Positions 27,215 through 36,403 of a stretch of DNA of 64,000 bases are shown in pieces (position 1 is the first letter of the stretch; each line of letters opens with the position of its first letter). The notes beneath the pieces are model-generated. The model did no database searches. It had not been told where the DNA came from and saw only the letters and a program-made list of their open reading frames with translations. The stretch is taken from sequence record NC_042060.1; one strand, given 5' to 3'. Both the position numbers and the translations under genes were made by a program.

Positions 27215-27559
27215 TTAACAGAATTTTTCTTGACCAGGGATTTTACCGTCCATAACCTCTAGTACCCAACGACCAGTCATCAACTCACGTGCAACCTCAC
27301 ATGCCACCCCGCCAATCTTCTCAGCTACTTTGTCCAGCAGAATTGGATGATAGTTGTGATCACCCATTACTGAGAACTTGCTTTCCCGTTCTATTTCAGC
27401 AAGTAAATCAGTGTCAACCCATTCAACACGCCCATCTGGATAGACAATATTAAGACCATACCACTTACAATAGTTTTCGATGGTTACAACTGGAATGTCA
27501 TAAACACCTTTAAAACACAGCGGTAACTTACGATCTGAGTAATGAATACGTTCAGTCAT
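27215..27559 (-). CDS. Hypothetical protein
   Basis: 114 aa. Confidence 0.85.
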   Translation of the reverse strand: MTERIHYSDRKLPLCFKGVYDIPVVTIENYCKWYGLNIVYPDGRVEWVDTDLLAEIERESKFSVMGDHNYHPILLDKVAEKIGGVACEVARELMTGRWVLEVMDGKIPGQEKFC

Positions 27560-27975
27560 TTGCCATTCACCAATTCAAAATAATTTTTTAGTAGATCTTC
27601 AGTTATTGGACGAGTATGTTCTTTAATCGATAATTCCTTACTGTCCATTTCAATTTCATATTCAGAAATTTGAAATTGCTTATATGGCACTGAACCATCT
27701 AACATAATGATCACATCTGCTAAGACTTGATCCACTGCACATTGCAACAAATTATTAACTTGTTGATTATCAGTAAGTGAGTAATCATTGATGGCTTTAT
27801 TACGAATGTCATATAGCCTTTTACTTAAAGGAGTATTACGTTCAATATGTTCTGTTCGCCACTCTTCTAAAATCTGTTCTGTACTTAGTTTGGATAATGA
27901 CGATCCGCCAAGTTTCTTCCTAACTTCATTTTCTGAAAATGGTTTATCATGCCAGAATTGATGATCTTGTTTCAT
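27556..27975 (-). CDS. Hypothetical protein, possible distant relative of 646..1020
   Basis: VLADVIIMLDG motif. Confidence 0.8.
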   Translation of the reverse strand: MKQDHQFWHDKPFSENEVRKKLGGSSLSKLSTEQILEEWRTEHIERNTPLSKRLYDIRNKAINDYSLTDNQQVNNLLQCAVDQVLADVIIMLDGSVPYKQFQISEYEIEMDSKELSIKEHTRPITEDLLKNYFELVNGK

Positions 27976-27987
27976 AGTAAATCCTTT

Positions 27988-28245
27988 TTATAATTTAGAA
28001 ATAGGTTTTAATACCGTATCTTTTTCATTGAATGGATTATAAACTTTATGCGGATTAATCATCTTTAGTTGCTCATTCTTTCTTTCTAAATAAGCATCTG
28101 ATGGTTTAATTGTTTTAGTTTTCCAAAAGTCATCGATTGGTTTTAACTTATCCATTTCTGACTGTTCGTTATCAAAAGGAGTTTCCCGATTTCTTAGTCG
28201 GGTCGAATTGAATAGGAGTCGTAAACTCCCGTCGTAATTCCTCAT
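27988..28245 (-). CDS. Hypothetical protein, possibly the 3' part of a frameshifted gene
   Basis: 85 aa, overlaps 28172..28336 in another frame. Confidence 0.55.
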   Translation of the reverse strand: MRNYDGSLRLLFNSTRLRNRETPFDNEQSEMDKLKPIDDFWKTKTIKPSDAYLERKNEQLKMINPHKVYNPFNEKDTVLKPISKL

Positions 28246-28336
28246 CTAAATTCTTCTCTTGAATTAATTTAGGAAAATGTTTTCTAACTGTTTTAATTGA
28301 AGCTATTAAATTGGAATAGGCTTTTTCTATGGACAT
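28172..28336 (-). CDS. 54-aa ORF, not in ORF track
   Basis: MSIEKAYSNLIASIK...GNSF, ends TTT TGA. Confidence 0.6.
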   Translation of the reverse strand: MSIEKAYSNLIASIKTVRKHFPKLIQEKNLDEELRREFTTPIQFDPTKKSGNSF

Positions 28337-28361
28337 TTTTATAACTCAAAATACATTATAA

Positions 28362-28385
28362 AGACAGTGGCTAAAACCACTGTCT
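28362..28385 (-). terminator. Hairpin terminator containing the upstream stop codon
   Basis: AGACAGTGG/CCACTGTCT plus TTAT. Confidence 0.7.
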
Positions 28386-28496
28386 AATTATTTCCCATAA
28401 TGATCCACCTATAACTGCACTTAGAAAAAGCATCTTGAATATGGGTGGTTCTTCTTGTTCATGTTGTATGTCTGATTTATTATTTTCGCTAGTCAT
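28371..28496 (-). CDS. Small membrane protein (41 aa), not in ORF track
   Basis: MTSENNKSDIQHEQEEPPIFKMLFLSAVIGGSLWEIIRQWF. Confidence 0.6.
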   Translation of the reverse strand: MTSENNKSDIQHEQEEPPIFKMLFLSAVIGGSLWEIIRQWF

Positions 28497-28507
28497 TTTC
28501 TTTTACT

Positions 28508-28876
28508 CTAATACCCACCATATTCTCTAATTTTCTCACCATCCCAAAACTCATAACCAGTCATATTGTGATTAAATGGCTTTATTTTAGTAAACCCACT
28601 ACGATAGATCCAGAAATGACCAGTGCCTCTTTTTAAGCGGCACTTATACATTGCTTTTTTCTCATATTCCGTGGGAGGGCTAATTTCTAGAACTTCAAGT
28701 TCATCACCCCGTATACAGAATAGCGCTGGTGGATGCTCACAGGATGCTTTCATACCGAGAACACCTGTTGACCAAACTGTATCACCTGGCTTAATAACAG
28801 TGATGTCATTTGATACAGGTATTACAGGAATTGCACACATATTAGATGCTCCAGAGTAATTACCTCCAAAGAGCAA
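28508..28876 (-). CDS. Hypothetical protein, SH3-like beta pattern
   Basis: Likely real start MCAIP after a GGAG RBS. Confidence 0.75.
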   Translation of the reverse strand: MLFGGNYSGASNMCAIPVIPVSNDITVIKPGDTVWSTGVLGMKASCEHPPALFCIRGDELEVLEISPPTEYEKKAMYKCRLKRGTGHFWIYRSGFTKIKPFNHNMTGYEFWDGEKIREYGGY

Positions 28877-28967
28877 ACACTGATATATTCATAGTCTGCT
28901 CTTTAGTAATATTTAAGAAGTTGGAATACTCATACTGGAGATAAACTAATGTCCATTTATACTAATC

Positions 28968-29570
28968 TCATTGTGTATAATAATTCTTTTTGAGATTATC
29001 CATATCGTAAGAATCATGTTTGAACTCAAACTTCTTAGCTATCTCACTCGAAAAAGCTTGTTTACGTTTTTCTTCTTGTTCACGGATATCGTAAGGACCA
29101 TTCTCTTTAACAAGATATTTTTTATACGGCCCAGTTCCTTGGATATATCCATCAGGAATAATGGTTGTGAGATATTTAGCCTCTACCAACCGGATGCACC
29201 GTCCATAACCAACTTCATTGGCATGACGAACTTGGATTAGTTGTCTATTCTTGGCAATACGTTCAGATATGCATGGGAAGTAAACCGGATCATCTCCTTT
29301 TTTACAGTTACCCATATCAACCTTTGCGTACAGAATTTTTCTATGATTGGCTTCGAAGAAAGCCCGAGCTTCACGAATACGTTGGGACCGAATAGCTTCC
29401 TTAGTTCTGACATTCTTTAGATGTGCAGGTTGTAAAAAAGGATTCATCTTTCGCACGTGACGTTGGATAAGTTTTGTCGTGTAATGAGGTGAATCATTAG
29501 CCATAGCCAGTAGGCTATTGTACATCTCAATCGACATGATTACTTGCTGCGGGTCATTATTGCGCTGCAT
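28968..29570 (-). CDS. Basic hypothetical protein
   Basis: 200 aa, GGAG RBS. Confidence 0.85.
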   Translation of the reverse strand: MQRNNDPQQVIMSIEMYNSLLAMANDSPHYTTKLIQRHVRKMNPFLQPAHLKNVRTKEAIRSQRIREARAFFEANHRKILYAKVDMGNCKKGDDPVYFPCISERIAKNRQLIQVRHANEVGYGRCIRLVEAKYLTTIIPDGYIQGTGPYKKYLVKENGPYDIREQEEKRKQAFSSEIAKKFEFKHDSYDMDNLKKNYYTQ

Positions 29571-29677
29571 GCTGATCTCCGTATGTGAAATAATGCTTTA
29601 CTTTAAGGTCATCAGGATTATAAATAACACGTTGGAATTCATGTTTCTTCGCTAGTTTAAAAGCAGCTTACTTTTCC

Positions 29678-30778
29678 TTAGAAACCTACACGACTTGCTT
29701 TGCGTGGGCTACTGCAAGAACTAGTATTCAATGCTTCAGCTAAAGTAAGATTATTACCGACAAACTCAACTGGATCTAGACCATTAGCTAAACGAGCTGC
29801 AATCGCTTGTTCAGCAGTAAGTGTTTTGAAGGTAAGAATATCGAAAGCACGGCCAGGTCGAACTAAAGCTTCATCAACATCACGAAGAGTCGGAAGATTA
29901 GTAGAAATGATAATCTTGGTCTTAGTAGATACTAGACCAGCTGTAGCATTTAATAGCCCTGACATATTACTATTACCATCTACACGTTTAGCCACCATTT
30001 TATCAGAGTCTTCTGTAATAATGAGTGAATTATCCTCAACACCACGAATAAAATTAGTCAAACCGGCGTGGCCAAGTACATCATCTTGATCAGCTAGATA
30101 CACATTACGATCATTATAACCACGAGCCCGAATAATCTCATTGATATAATTAGACTTACCAGTGCCAGGAGGACCAATCAATAGTAGAACATTAGATTCA
30201 GATGCAGCGAATTCAGTCCAGATTTCAGCTGGAGATCGATCTAGGAATGGATACATTTCCATCATATTTGGATTGTAGTTACGAACAGAAATAACTTCAC
30301 TAAAGCTATATAGTTCATTATTTTGATAGTTAACCCGAATTCTTTTAATACTAGGTGGACGAGTCTGATCAAATACTTCTTCAAAACGTAATTTAAATAC
30401 TTTGATCAGTTCTTCATTGGAGTATAATCTAAAGTTCTGACTAGTGGTACCTTCCATTCCATTCATTAGGAAACCAATGATTCCTTCATCATCTAGTAAT
30501 GCAAAACCACCACTAATTCTGAATGCTTTCAGATTTAAAGGGCTTATAACTTCATCACATAGTTTGTAAATTTGTTCTTTGATGAATTCTTTTCTATCAA
30601 CTCCAAAAGGATAGTGAATACGTAGATCTTCACTATCTGAACTAATTCCCTGTTCATTAAGAGTATAGCGATATGCATTGGAAATTGCACGGCCATTATC
30701 AACCTCCATAGCAATGGAGATAAAACGATCAATCCACTTCTGCTGGACTAACGTAAGTTTGCTATTACGATAATTCAT
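29678..30778 (-). CDS. AAA+ ATPase (BCS1-like Walker B)
   Basis: GPPGTGKS, IITED, STN, ALVRPGRAFD. Confidence 0.92.
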   Translation of the reverse strand: MNYRNSKLTLVQQKWIDRFISIAMEVDNGRAISNAYRYTLNEQGISSDSEDLRIHYPFGVDRKEFIKEQIYKLCDEVISPLNLKAFRISGGFALLDDEGIIGFLMNGMEGTTSQNFRLYSNEELIKVFKLRFEEVFDQTRPPSIKRIRVNYQNNELYSFSEVISVRNYNPNMMEMYPFLDRSPAEIWTEFAASESNVLLLIGPPGTGKSNYINEIIRARGYNDRNVYLADQDDVLGHAGLTNFIRGVEDNSLIITEDSDKMVAKRVDGNSNMSGLLNATAGLVSTKTKIIISTNLPTLRDVDEALVRPGRAFDILTFKTLTAEQAIAARLANGLDPVEFVGNNLTLAEALNTSSCSSPRKASRVGF

Positions 30779-30820
30779 TTGATGTTCCTTTTCTAATTGA
30801 TAATCTAATTTGAGACGATA

Positions 30821-30848
30821 TAAACCCTCCTACTAAGAGGAGGGTTTA
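30821..30848 (-). terminator. Intrinsic terminator
   Basis: 11-bp stem TAAACCCTCCT/AGGAGGGTTTA. Confidence 0.8.
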
Positions 30849-30881
30849 TTTTGGCTATTATAACTAATTCATTTGAGAAAA

Positions 30882-31535
30882 TTAATTATTATATTCATCC
30901 ATCAATTCAGGTAGACGGCTATCTCTAGGATCTAAGATTTCAGACCAATCAATTGGCATATATGGCTCATCAGATTCATTTTTATTTAACCATTCTTCTA
31001 GTCTCTTTACATCATCGGACCAGTATAGGTTATACATAGTTGGCACATTTGCATCTAATGCCAACTGCCACGCTGTATTAGTACCACCACTAATTACAGA
31101 GGTTGGTGTCTTTTGTTCACCGTATGCAATAATAGTTGAAACAGGTTCACGTAAAGTATGGCCATGAATTTGAAATACATTACGAGTATGTAGTTCAATA
31201 CCTGTTCTACCTAAACCATTGAAACTTCCCCGAGCTGCACAGGCCATTGCCATAGCTGTGGGAATGGTATCAGTATATACGGAGGCATCATGAAACCACG
31301 CTAGATTCTCAATTCGTCTTCCAAGAAATCCATTTCGAATAATGTAAATACGACTTTCTACTGTATCCCATTTATCAGACTGAATTGCACCATACCAACC
31401 AGCTCTATCTGATCCATATGCATCGCCTGATGAAATACCTATACCTAGATCAACAAATGTTCTTCCTGCGCGTATCATCAATTCTAGGGCCCATGTAGGG
31501 GCATAGCGACTACCGACAATAGCTGTCATTGCCAT
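30882..31535 (-). CDS. SLOG/DprA-like Rossmann-fold protein
   Basis: AIVGSR, SSGDAYGSD, RN, SGGT..A..LA. Confidence 0.85.
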   Translation of the reverse strand: MAMTAIVGSRYAPTWALELMIRAGRTFVDLGIGISSGDAYGSDRAGWYGAIQSDKWDTVESRIYIIRNGFLGRRIENLAWFHDASVYTDTIPTAMAMACAARGSFNGLGRTGIELHTRNVFQIHGHTLREPVSTIIAYGEQKTPTSVISGGTNTAWQLALDANVPTMYNLYWSDDVKRLEEWLNKNESDEPYMPIDWSEILDPRDSRLPELMDEYNN

Positions 31536-32245
31536 TATCTAACCCTCATTAGAAGACGGATATCACCGTACTTAAGAACGGCATTTCGGACTTGATAAAT
31601 AAAAGGTTTAAATTCTTTTCGCTGTTGATCAGCCGTGAGTGTATAAGTTACTTTGATAGGTTCATTAGGAACATTGCAGAAAGATAGATAACGCGATACT
31701 CGACGTAGATTACGTAGGTGATTCTTACCACATTTAGGCCCGACTCGTTGTAACCGACCGTCGATAACCTTCCAATCATAATTAGCTTTAAGGTTTAGAG
31801 AATAAAAACTTTCAGTTAAATTCTTATAATACTGTAATTGTTTTTGAGAGATTTTATTAATTTTTGGTTCATCTGTTACAAGACGTGGGCTATACCGTGA
31901 ATAACAATCTGGTTCTGACATACGATCCCAGGACATATAAGTATATAGACTCATATATACTGTTTTAGTAACTGGTTTAAGCTCACTCATACCTTTTAGA
32001 ATAGCTTCACCACTAATCCATGCATCACAGCGTGGATCATCATCATAACTACTCCACCATTCTGGTTTCTTTTTCAGATCATCAGGAACACCATTATGGT
32101 AAGCAAATGGTTTTACATCCCAATAATTGCGAATATCAAGTAGATATGCATAAAGATCATAATTCTGTGTTAGTTCAATATCTTCGATACCAATCCATTC
32201 ATTATTTACTTTAGCTTGAGTTTCTAAATATACATAATCACCCAT
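31535..32245 (-). CDS. Conserved phage hypothetical protein
   Basis: NYDLYAYL.D.RN..G.PDD pattern. Confidence 0.85.
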   Translation of the reverse strand: MGDYVYLETQAKVNNEWIGIEDIELTQNYDLYAYLLDIRNYWDVKPFAYHNGVPDDLKKKPEWWSSYDDDPRCDAWISGEAILKGMSELKPVTKTVYMSLYTYMSWDRMSEPDCYSRYSPRLVTDEPKINKISQKQLQYYKNLTESFYSLNLKANYDWKVIDGRLQRVGPKCGKNHLRNLRRVSRYLSFCNVPNEPIKVTYTLTADQQRKEFKPFIYQVRNAVLKYGDIRLLMRVR

Positions 32246-32352
32246 TTTCTTTATTTCCTGTATTAGATTAATATAAATGTTTTATAACAACTATTTCAAT
32301 ATTGAATAACGTATTATTGGTTGTTTTAATTTACTACTCAACCTGATAATGT

Positions 32353-32360
32353 GTAATACG
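32353..32360 (-). promoter_or_regulatory. Possible variant early promoter CGTATTAC
   Basis: 2 mismatches to consensus, in an intergenic gap after a terminator. Confidence 0.35.
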
Positions 32361-32449
32361 TCTATCTATATATCTCTTTTCTCTGGTGAAGAGCATTAGC
32401 ATTATTCCAAGGTAGAGTCCTTATTCTATTAAACATATAAGTAAATAAT

Positions 32450-32471
32450 CCCTCCCCAATAAAGGGGAGGG
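32450..32471 (-). terminator. Intrinsic terminator
   Basis: CCCTCCCC/GGGGAGGG plus ATTATTT. Confidence 0.8.
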
Positions 32472-32487
32472 TATATGTTATCTTAAT

Positions 32488-32889
32488 TCATGCTTTTGAA
32501 AGATCATATTTAATAGCTTCATCTTTCATAGGAGTTAATACAATAGTCACTTTTTCAAAACCATGTATATCCCTACCATTATAAGAAATATCAATACTCT
32601 CCCAATCCTGGTTAACTACTTCAGCATGAAGAATATTTTTAATATTGATAGCATCTGTTTTATCAAACCATTTAAAAACCTTTGGGTTAAATACAAGTTC
32701 GAAAGTAGTTTGATATGGATAGCTTTTCTGTTTAACAAGCCTACTAGATGCTAGTGATGTATTCTCAATGTTTCGAATAACATCAATCATTGCTTTACGG
32801 ATAGTAAGTAATTTACTTTTCAGAACCAAATCAATAAATGCTGGATCAGTTGTCATTACTTCTTTTACAGATGGAAATGTGATTTCCAT
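32488..32889 (-). CDS. Hypothetical early protein
   Basis: 133 aa, GAGGA RBS. Confidence 0.85.
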   Translation of the reverse strand: MEITFPSVKEVMTTDPAFIDLVLKSKLLTIRKAMIDVIRNIENTSLASSRLVKQKSYPYQTTFELVFNPKVFKWFDKTDAINIKNILHAEVVNQDWESIDISYNGRDIHGFEKVTIVLTPMKDEAIKYDLSKA

Positions 32890-32905
32890 AGCATCCTCTT
32901 ATAGG

Positions 32906-33082
32906 TTAATTATTAAAAGATAAATCATAATCACTTTGTCTGCGATTCGGATTAACAGGATCAGGATATTTTCCAGTTTTGATAACTTCTTTTATAGCTC
33001 TAAAATCACGTTCTAGAAAATCTAGTTTTTTAACTAACTCTTTTTCTAATTCTTTATTGAGTAGTCTTCTTAATTTGCTCAT
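32906..33082 (-). CDS. 58-aa coiled-coil ORF, not in ORF track
   Basis: MSKLRRLLNKELEKELVKKLDFLERDF...; fills the gap, overlaps the upstream gene end. Confidence 0.6.
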   Translation of the reverse strand: MSKLRRLLNKELEKELVKKLDFLERDFRAIKEVIKTGKYPDPVNPNRRQSDYDLSFNN

Positions 33083-33449
33083 CTACGTATACTCTTACAA
33101 TGAACCAATTGATTAGGCCAAAACCTTTTGGTGTGATGGTAATGTCATCTTTATATCCATTTTTAGTGATTACATTACGTAATACTTTAATTGCTTCAGG
33201 TGGAATAAGATTAGCATTACCGGTAACACTATACTCGAAATAATAACCTACACCTGGTAAATAACCTGATGCAATCTGGTTAGTACCTGTGATATTACTA
33301 ACGTGTTGGAAGTCACTAAAAGCATTCTTGTAGAATAACAAAATATTAGGAATTACTTCATCCCTAATAGTAGAACTAGTAATGGCATCCGCCGATGGAA
33401 AATAAGGTACTAATTCATCTGTTACATTGGTGCTATTAATATCGGACAT
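33054..33449 (-). CDS. Hypothetical early protein
   Basis: 131 aa, GAGGA RBS after promoter 33496. Confidence 0.85.
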   Translation of the reverse strand: MSDINSTNVTDELVPYFPSADAITSSTIRDEVIPNILLFYKNAFSDFQHVSNITGTNQIASGYLPGVGYYFEYSVTGNANLIPPEAIKVLRNVITKNGYKDDITITPKGFGLINWFIVRVYVDEQIKKTTQ

Positions 33450-33495
33450 AATCTTTTCCTCATTATAAAAGGATAAATATCTTTATGGTAATCCT

Positions 33496-33503
33496 GTAAT
33501 ATA
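33496..33503 (-). promoter_or_regulatory. Early promoter TATATTAC
   Basis: Exact motif preceded by TTTAAATC. Confidence 0.85.
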
Positions 33504-33531
33504 GATTTAAATTAATTTATAATGAATGGCA

Positions 33532-33558
33532 TAAAGGAGCCCCTGGTGGGCTCCTTTA
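33532..33558. terminator. Terminator hairpin flanking the putative ncRNA
   Basis: TAAAGGAGCCC/GGGCTCCTTTA; flanks resemble the other minus-strand terminators. Confidence 0.8.
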
Positions 33559-33569
33559 ATGTAATAGGT

Positions 33570-33730
33570 CCGACCCCTATCTAGAGGTCGGTGAGTAGCA
33601 AGGCACCGTAGTTGGGGTTCGTGTCGTTCCTGACGATACTTTAGTACCCCGGTTTATTTACGACTGGATCACCCCCTTAAAGTGCAGTGCGTTTTACGCA
33701 AACTGCCTTGCTCTATATCATTGCACTGTG
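33570..33730. ncRNA. Putative structured non-coding RNA (four-way junction plus hairpin)
   Basis: About 52% GC by hand count over 33570-33713; nested stems; no ORF. Confidence 0.6.
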
Positions 33731-33799
33731 CGTATTTTTATTCGTTAGCTAATCTTATGACTTAGAGTTATATTTACATACCCCTTAAGGAAAAATGCA

Positions 33800-35911
33800 A
33801 TGATAGACTCATTTAGGAAGCTAATGGGCTCGCTATCAATTACTGAAACTGATCAAGAAATTATCATCAGTGGTTTTGATGGTGCTGCATTCATTAGAGA
33901 TATTAACAAGTATTGGCGAACCACTAAATTAGCTACGCAGTTATTTAACACGGTTAGTCGTCGTAGTATTTCATTTTATAAATTCTTTGCTCCTGAAATA
34001 TATTACATGCTAGAAGCAGTAAAGAATTATAGAAGTAGATACATCTCTATTAAAACTGTTAATGCCATCCGTGAAGCAATGCTTCAATATACCTGGTTAA
34101 AAAATACTCGTCCTGTAGATACCAACTCTGTACCAGGTAGACTCAATTTCAAGATGTTAGACAAATTGACATTTACACCAGATGAGTCTCAAAAAGCTTA
34201 TTTTGAAAATTATAATTATCGAATTGACCAGTATGGTTTACGTGGTGATATTGTTGCAGGTAAACCTGGTACTGGTAAGACATTCATGACGATGGCTATT
34301 GCTGAAATGGTTGAGTCGGATATCATTATAGTTGTTTGTGAAAAGAAGTCTATTGATCTAATATGGAAGCCATCTATTATTGAGATGTATAAGGAAAGAC
34401 AAAAAGTATGGTCGACCATTGATGATAAAGCCTACAACGGTCAAAGAATACTTATATCCCATTACCAGGCGCAAGATAAAATAATTGATCTATTAAGAAG
34501 CGGTATATTCAAAGGTAAGAACATTACGGTGATTCTGGATGAATCACACAATATGAACGATCCTAATTCTGCACAATCTCTTAAGTTCCAGCAAATATGT
34601 TTTATGTCTAACTCTAATAACAGATTATTAGCGTCAGGTACCCCTGTTAAAGCACTTGGTTCTGAATTAGTAAGTGCATTAAGAGTATTAGACGATCTCT
34701 TCACCAATGAGGTTGAAGAACGTTTTAAGAAAGCATTTGGAAAAGAGACACAGAAAGGATTAGATATTGTCCAACATCGCTTTGGGTTAATTGCGTACGT
34801 CATTGAAAAGAAAGATACTGAGGTTTTACCACCGAGGATAAAAGCGTATCGTATCAAGATACCAAATGGATCACAGTATACTCTTAATGCCATTAAACGT
34901 GATTGTGAAGCTTTTATTAGAGAACGTGTAAAGTTCTATGCTGCGCGCCGACCAGAAGATGAGAAGTATTGGGCTAAACTAATGGCGATACACGAGAACT
35001 CTCTTAAGACCCAGGCGCAGAAAGATGGTTTCGCTCGCTATAAGAATTTGATTAAAATAATTCAGAAGAATCAAGACCCGCGATACATTGGTGAAGAAAT
35101 TAAAGAATCTAACCAATATGAAAAAATGTTTATAGAGCCAACTTTACCTCGTAATGAAATAGCTGCTTTTAGAGATATTAAATCAGTTATAAAATACGTT
35201 ATGCTAAAGATACAAGGTGAATGTTTGGGAAGGGTTTTAGGTGCTAAACGCATTCAGTGCCATGTGGACATGGTACCGTATATTGACTGGGTTGGTATCA
35301 CTGAATCAACTATGAAGAAAACGATTGCATTTACATCGTTTGTTGAGGTTGTTGATACTGTTGATAAGTACACCAATAAATTAGGTATGCATCCGGCGGT
35401 GGTGTATGGTAAAACCAATGACAATTTACCTCAAATAATCAGTAGATTTGAGAAAGACCCTAAATTAAATCCATTGGTAGCTACATATGCTTCCCTTTCA
35501 ACAGCGGTCCGTATGACGATGGCTGATACTATGGTGACAATTAATTCACCGTTTAGGCATTACATTCTAGAACAAGCTATTGCTCGAATTTACCGTAAAG
35601 GTCAGGATTCACAAACAGTCGTATATCAATGTACTCTCGATACAGAAGATGAACCGAATATCTCAACAAGGTCAGATGACATTCTAAAATGGAGTCAGGC
35701 AATGGTTGAAGCTATTATGGGTATTAAATCTCCATTTGAGATCACAGAGTCATTAGAAAGTTATGTTGATAAAAATAATAATTTTGATGAAAATAAAATC
35801 ATTTATCAGATGCTAAAAGAATCATTTGAGAAGTATGACATCGCAATTGATTTTAATGACTTTGATACACGTATGTATAAACCATATCAGCCCGCATATA
35901 TGCGGTTTTAA
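33800..35911 (+). CDS. SF2 (SNF2-like) helicase, phiKZ gp203-like
   Basis: GKPGTGKT, LDESH, ASGTP, QAIARIYRKGQ. Confidence 0.92.
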   Translation: MIDSFRKLMGSLSITETDQEIIISGFDGAAFIRDINKYWRTTKLATQLFNTVSRRSISFYKFFAPEIYYMLEAVKNYRSRYISIKTVNAIREAMLQYTWLKNTRPVDTNSVPGRLNFKMLDKLTFTPDESQKAYFENYNYRIDQYGLRGDIVAGKPGTGKTFMTMAIAEMVESDIIIVVCEKKSIDLIWKPSIIEMYKERQKVWSTIDDKAYNGQRILISHYQAQDKIIDLLRSGIFKGKNITVILDESHNMNDPNSAQSLKFQQICFMSNSNNRLLASGTPVKALGSELVSALRVLDDLFTNEVEERFKKAFGKETQKGLDIVQHRFGLIAYVIEKKDTEVLPPRIKAYRIKIPNGSQYTLNAIKRDCEAFIRERVKFYAARRPEDEKYWAKLMAIHENSLKTQAQKDGFARYKNLIKIIQKNQDPRYIGEEIKESNQYEKMFIEPTLPRNEIAAFRDIKSVIKYVMLKIQGECLGRVLGAKRIQCHVDMVPYIDWVGITESTMKKTIAFTSFVEVVDTVDKYTNKLGMHPAVVYGKTNDNLPQIISRFEKDPKLNPLVATYASLSTAVRMTMADTMVTINSPFRHYILEQAIARIYRKGQDSQTVVYQCTLDTEDEPNISTRSDDILKWSQAMVEAIMGIKSPFEITESLESYVDKNNNFDENKIIYQMLKESFEKYDIAIDFNDFDTRMYKPYQPAYMRF

Positions 35912-35922
35912 AGGAGACAGAA

Positions 35923-36393
35923 ATGTCTGATCCACATTCATCTAATACTGGTGAAGATCTTATTCTTGGGCCTGAAGCCACCAGTGAAGAAATGTATAAT
36001 GCGATTTTAAGGTGGGTTGACAAAGTAACAACCATCCTAGAATCTGGTGGTGGCCCTGGTCCAGGTCCTAGTACTGGTTTAAAACCAATTCTATTTCAAA
36101 CTGGTACATTAAACCCAGGAGATGTAGTTACTTATGATCTTTCCAAAGTTATTACTTCTATGGGTGATTATACTCTGGCTACAGCCATCGTTGATCTCAA
36201 GATTATCGACCCTGAAACTACTAGTCCTACTAGTGGTAAGCTTATTAGCGCTTCTGCTAGTATTGGTTGGGATCTCGATTCATCTACAGGGATTTTAAAT
36301 ATCCGTGGGTATAGCCTGTCTGTACCAATCACTTATTATATTCGAGTTGACTCACCTATTAAGACGGCTGATATTCCCGTGTATACCCCGTAA
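35923..36393 (+). CDS. Probable virion structural protein (gp202-like)
   Basis: 156 aa, AAGGAG RBS; role inferred from synteny. Confidence 0.8.
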   Translation: MSDPHSSNTGEDLILGPEATSEEMYNAILRWVDKVTTILESGGGPGPGPSTGLKPILFQTGTLNPGDVVTYDLSKVITSMGDYTLATAIVDLKIIDPETTSPTSGKLISASASIGWDLDSSTGILNIRGYSLSVPITYYIRVDSPIKTADIPVYTP

Positions 36394-36403
36394 GGAGTGA
36401 GAA

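Noticed and set aside
29571-29677. Protein-like frame KKHEFQRVIYNPDD... between the AAA gene and 28968..29570
   Set aside because: No start codon after the preceding in-frame stop; cannot be supported
33630-33650. Hammerhead ribozyme core (CTGACGA plus a short stem)
   Set aside because: The required GAAA after stem II is absent (reads CCCC)
33597-33712. tRNA (GGGGTTCG resembles a T-loop)
   Set aside because: Arm lengths and order do not fit a cloverleaf; no D-loop, anticodon arm or CCA
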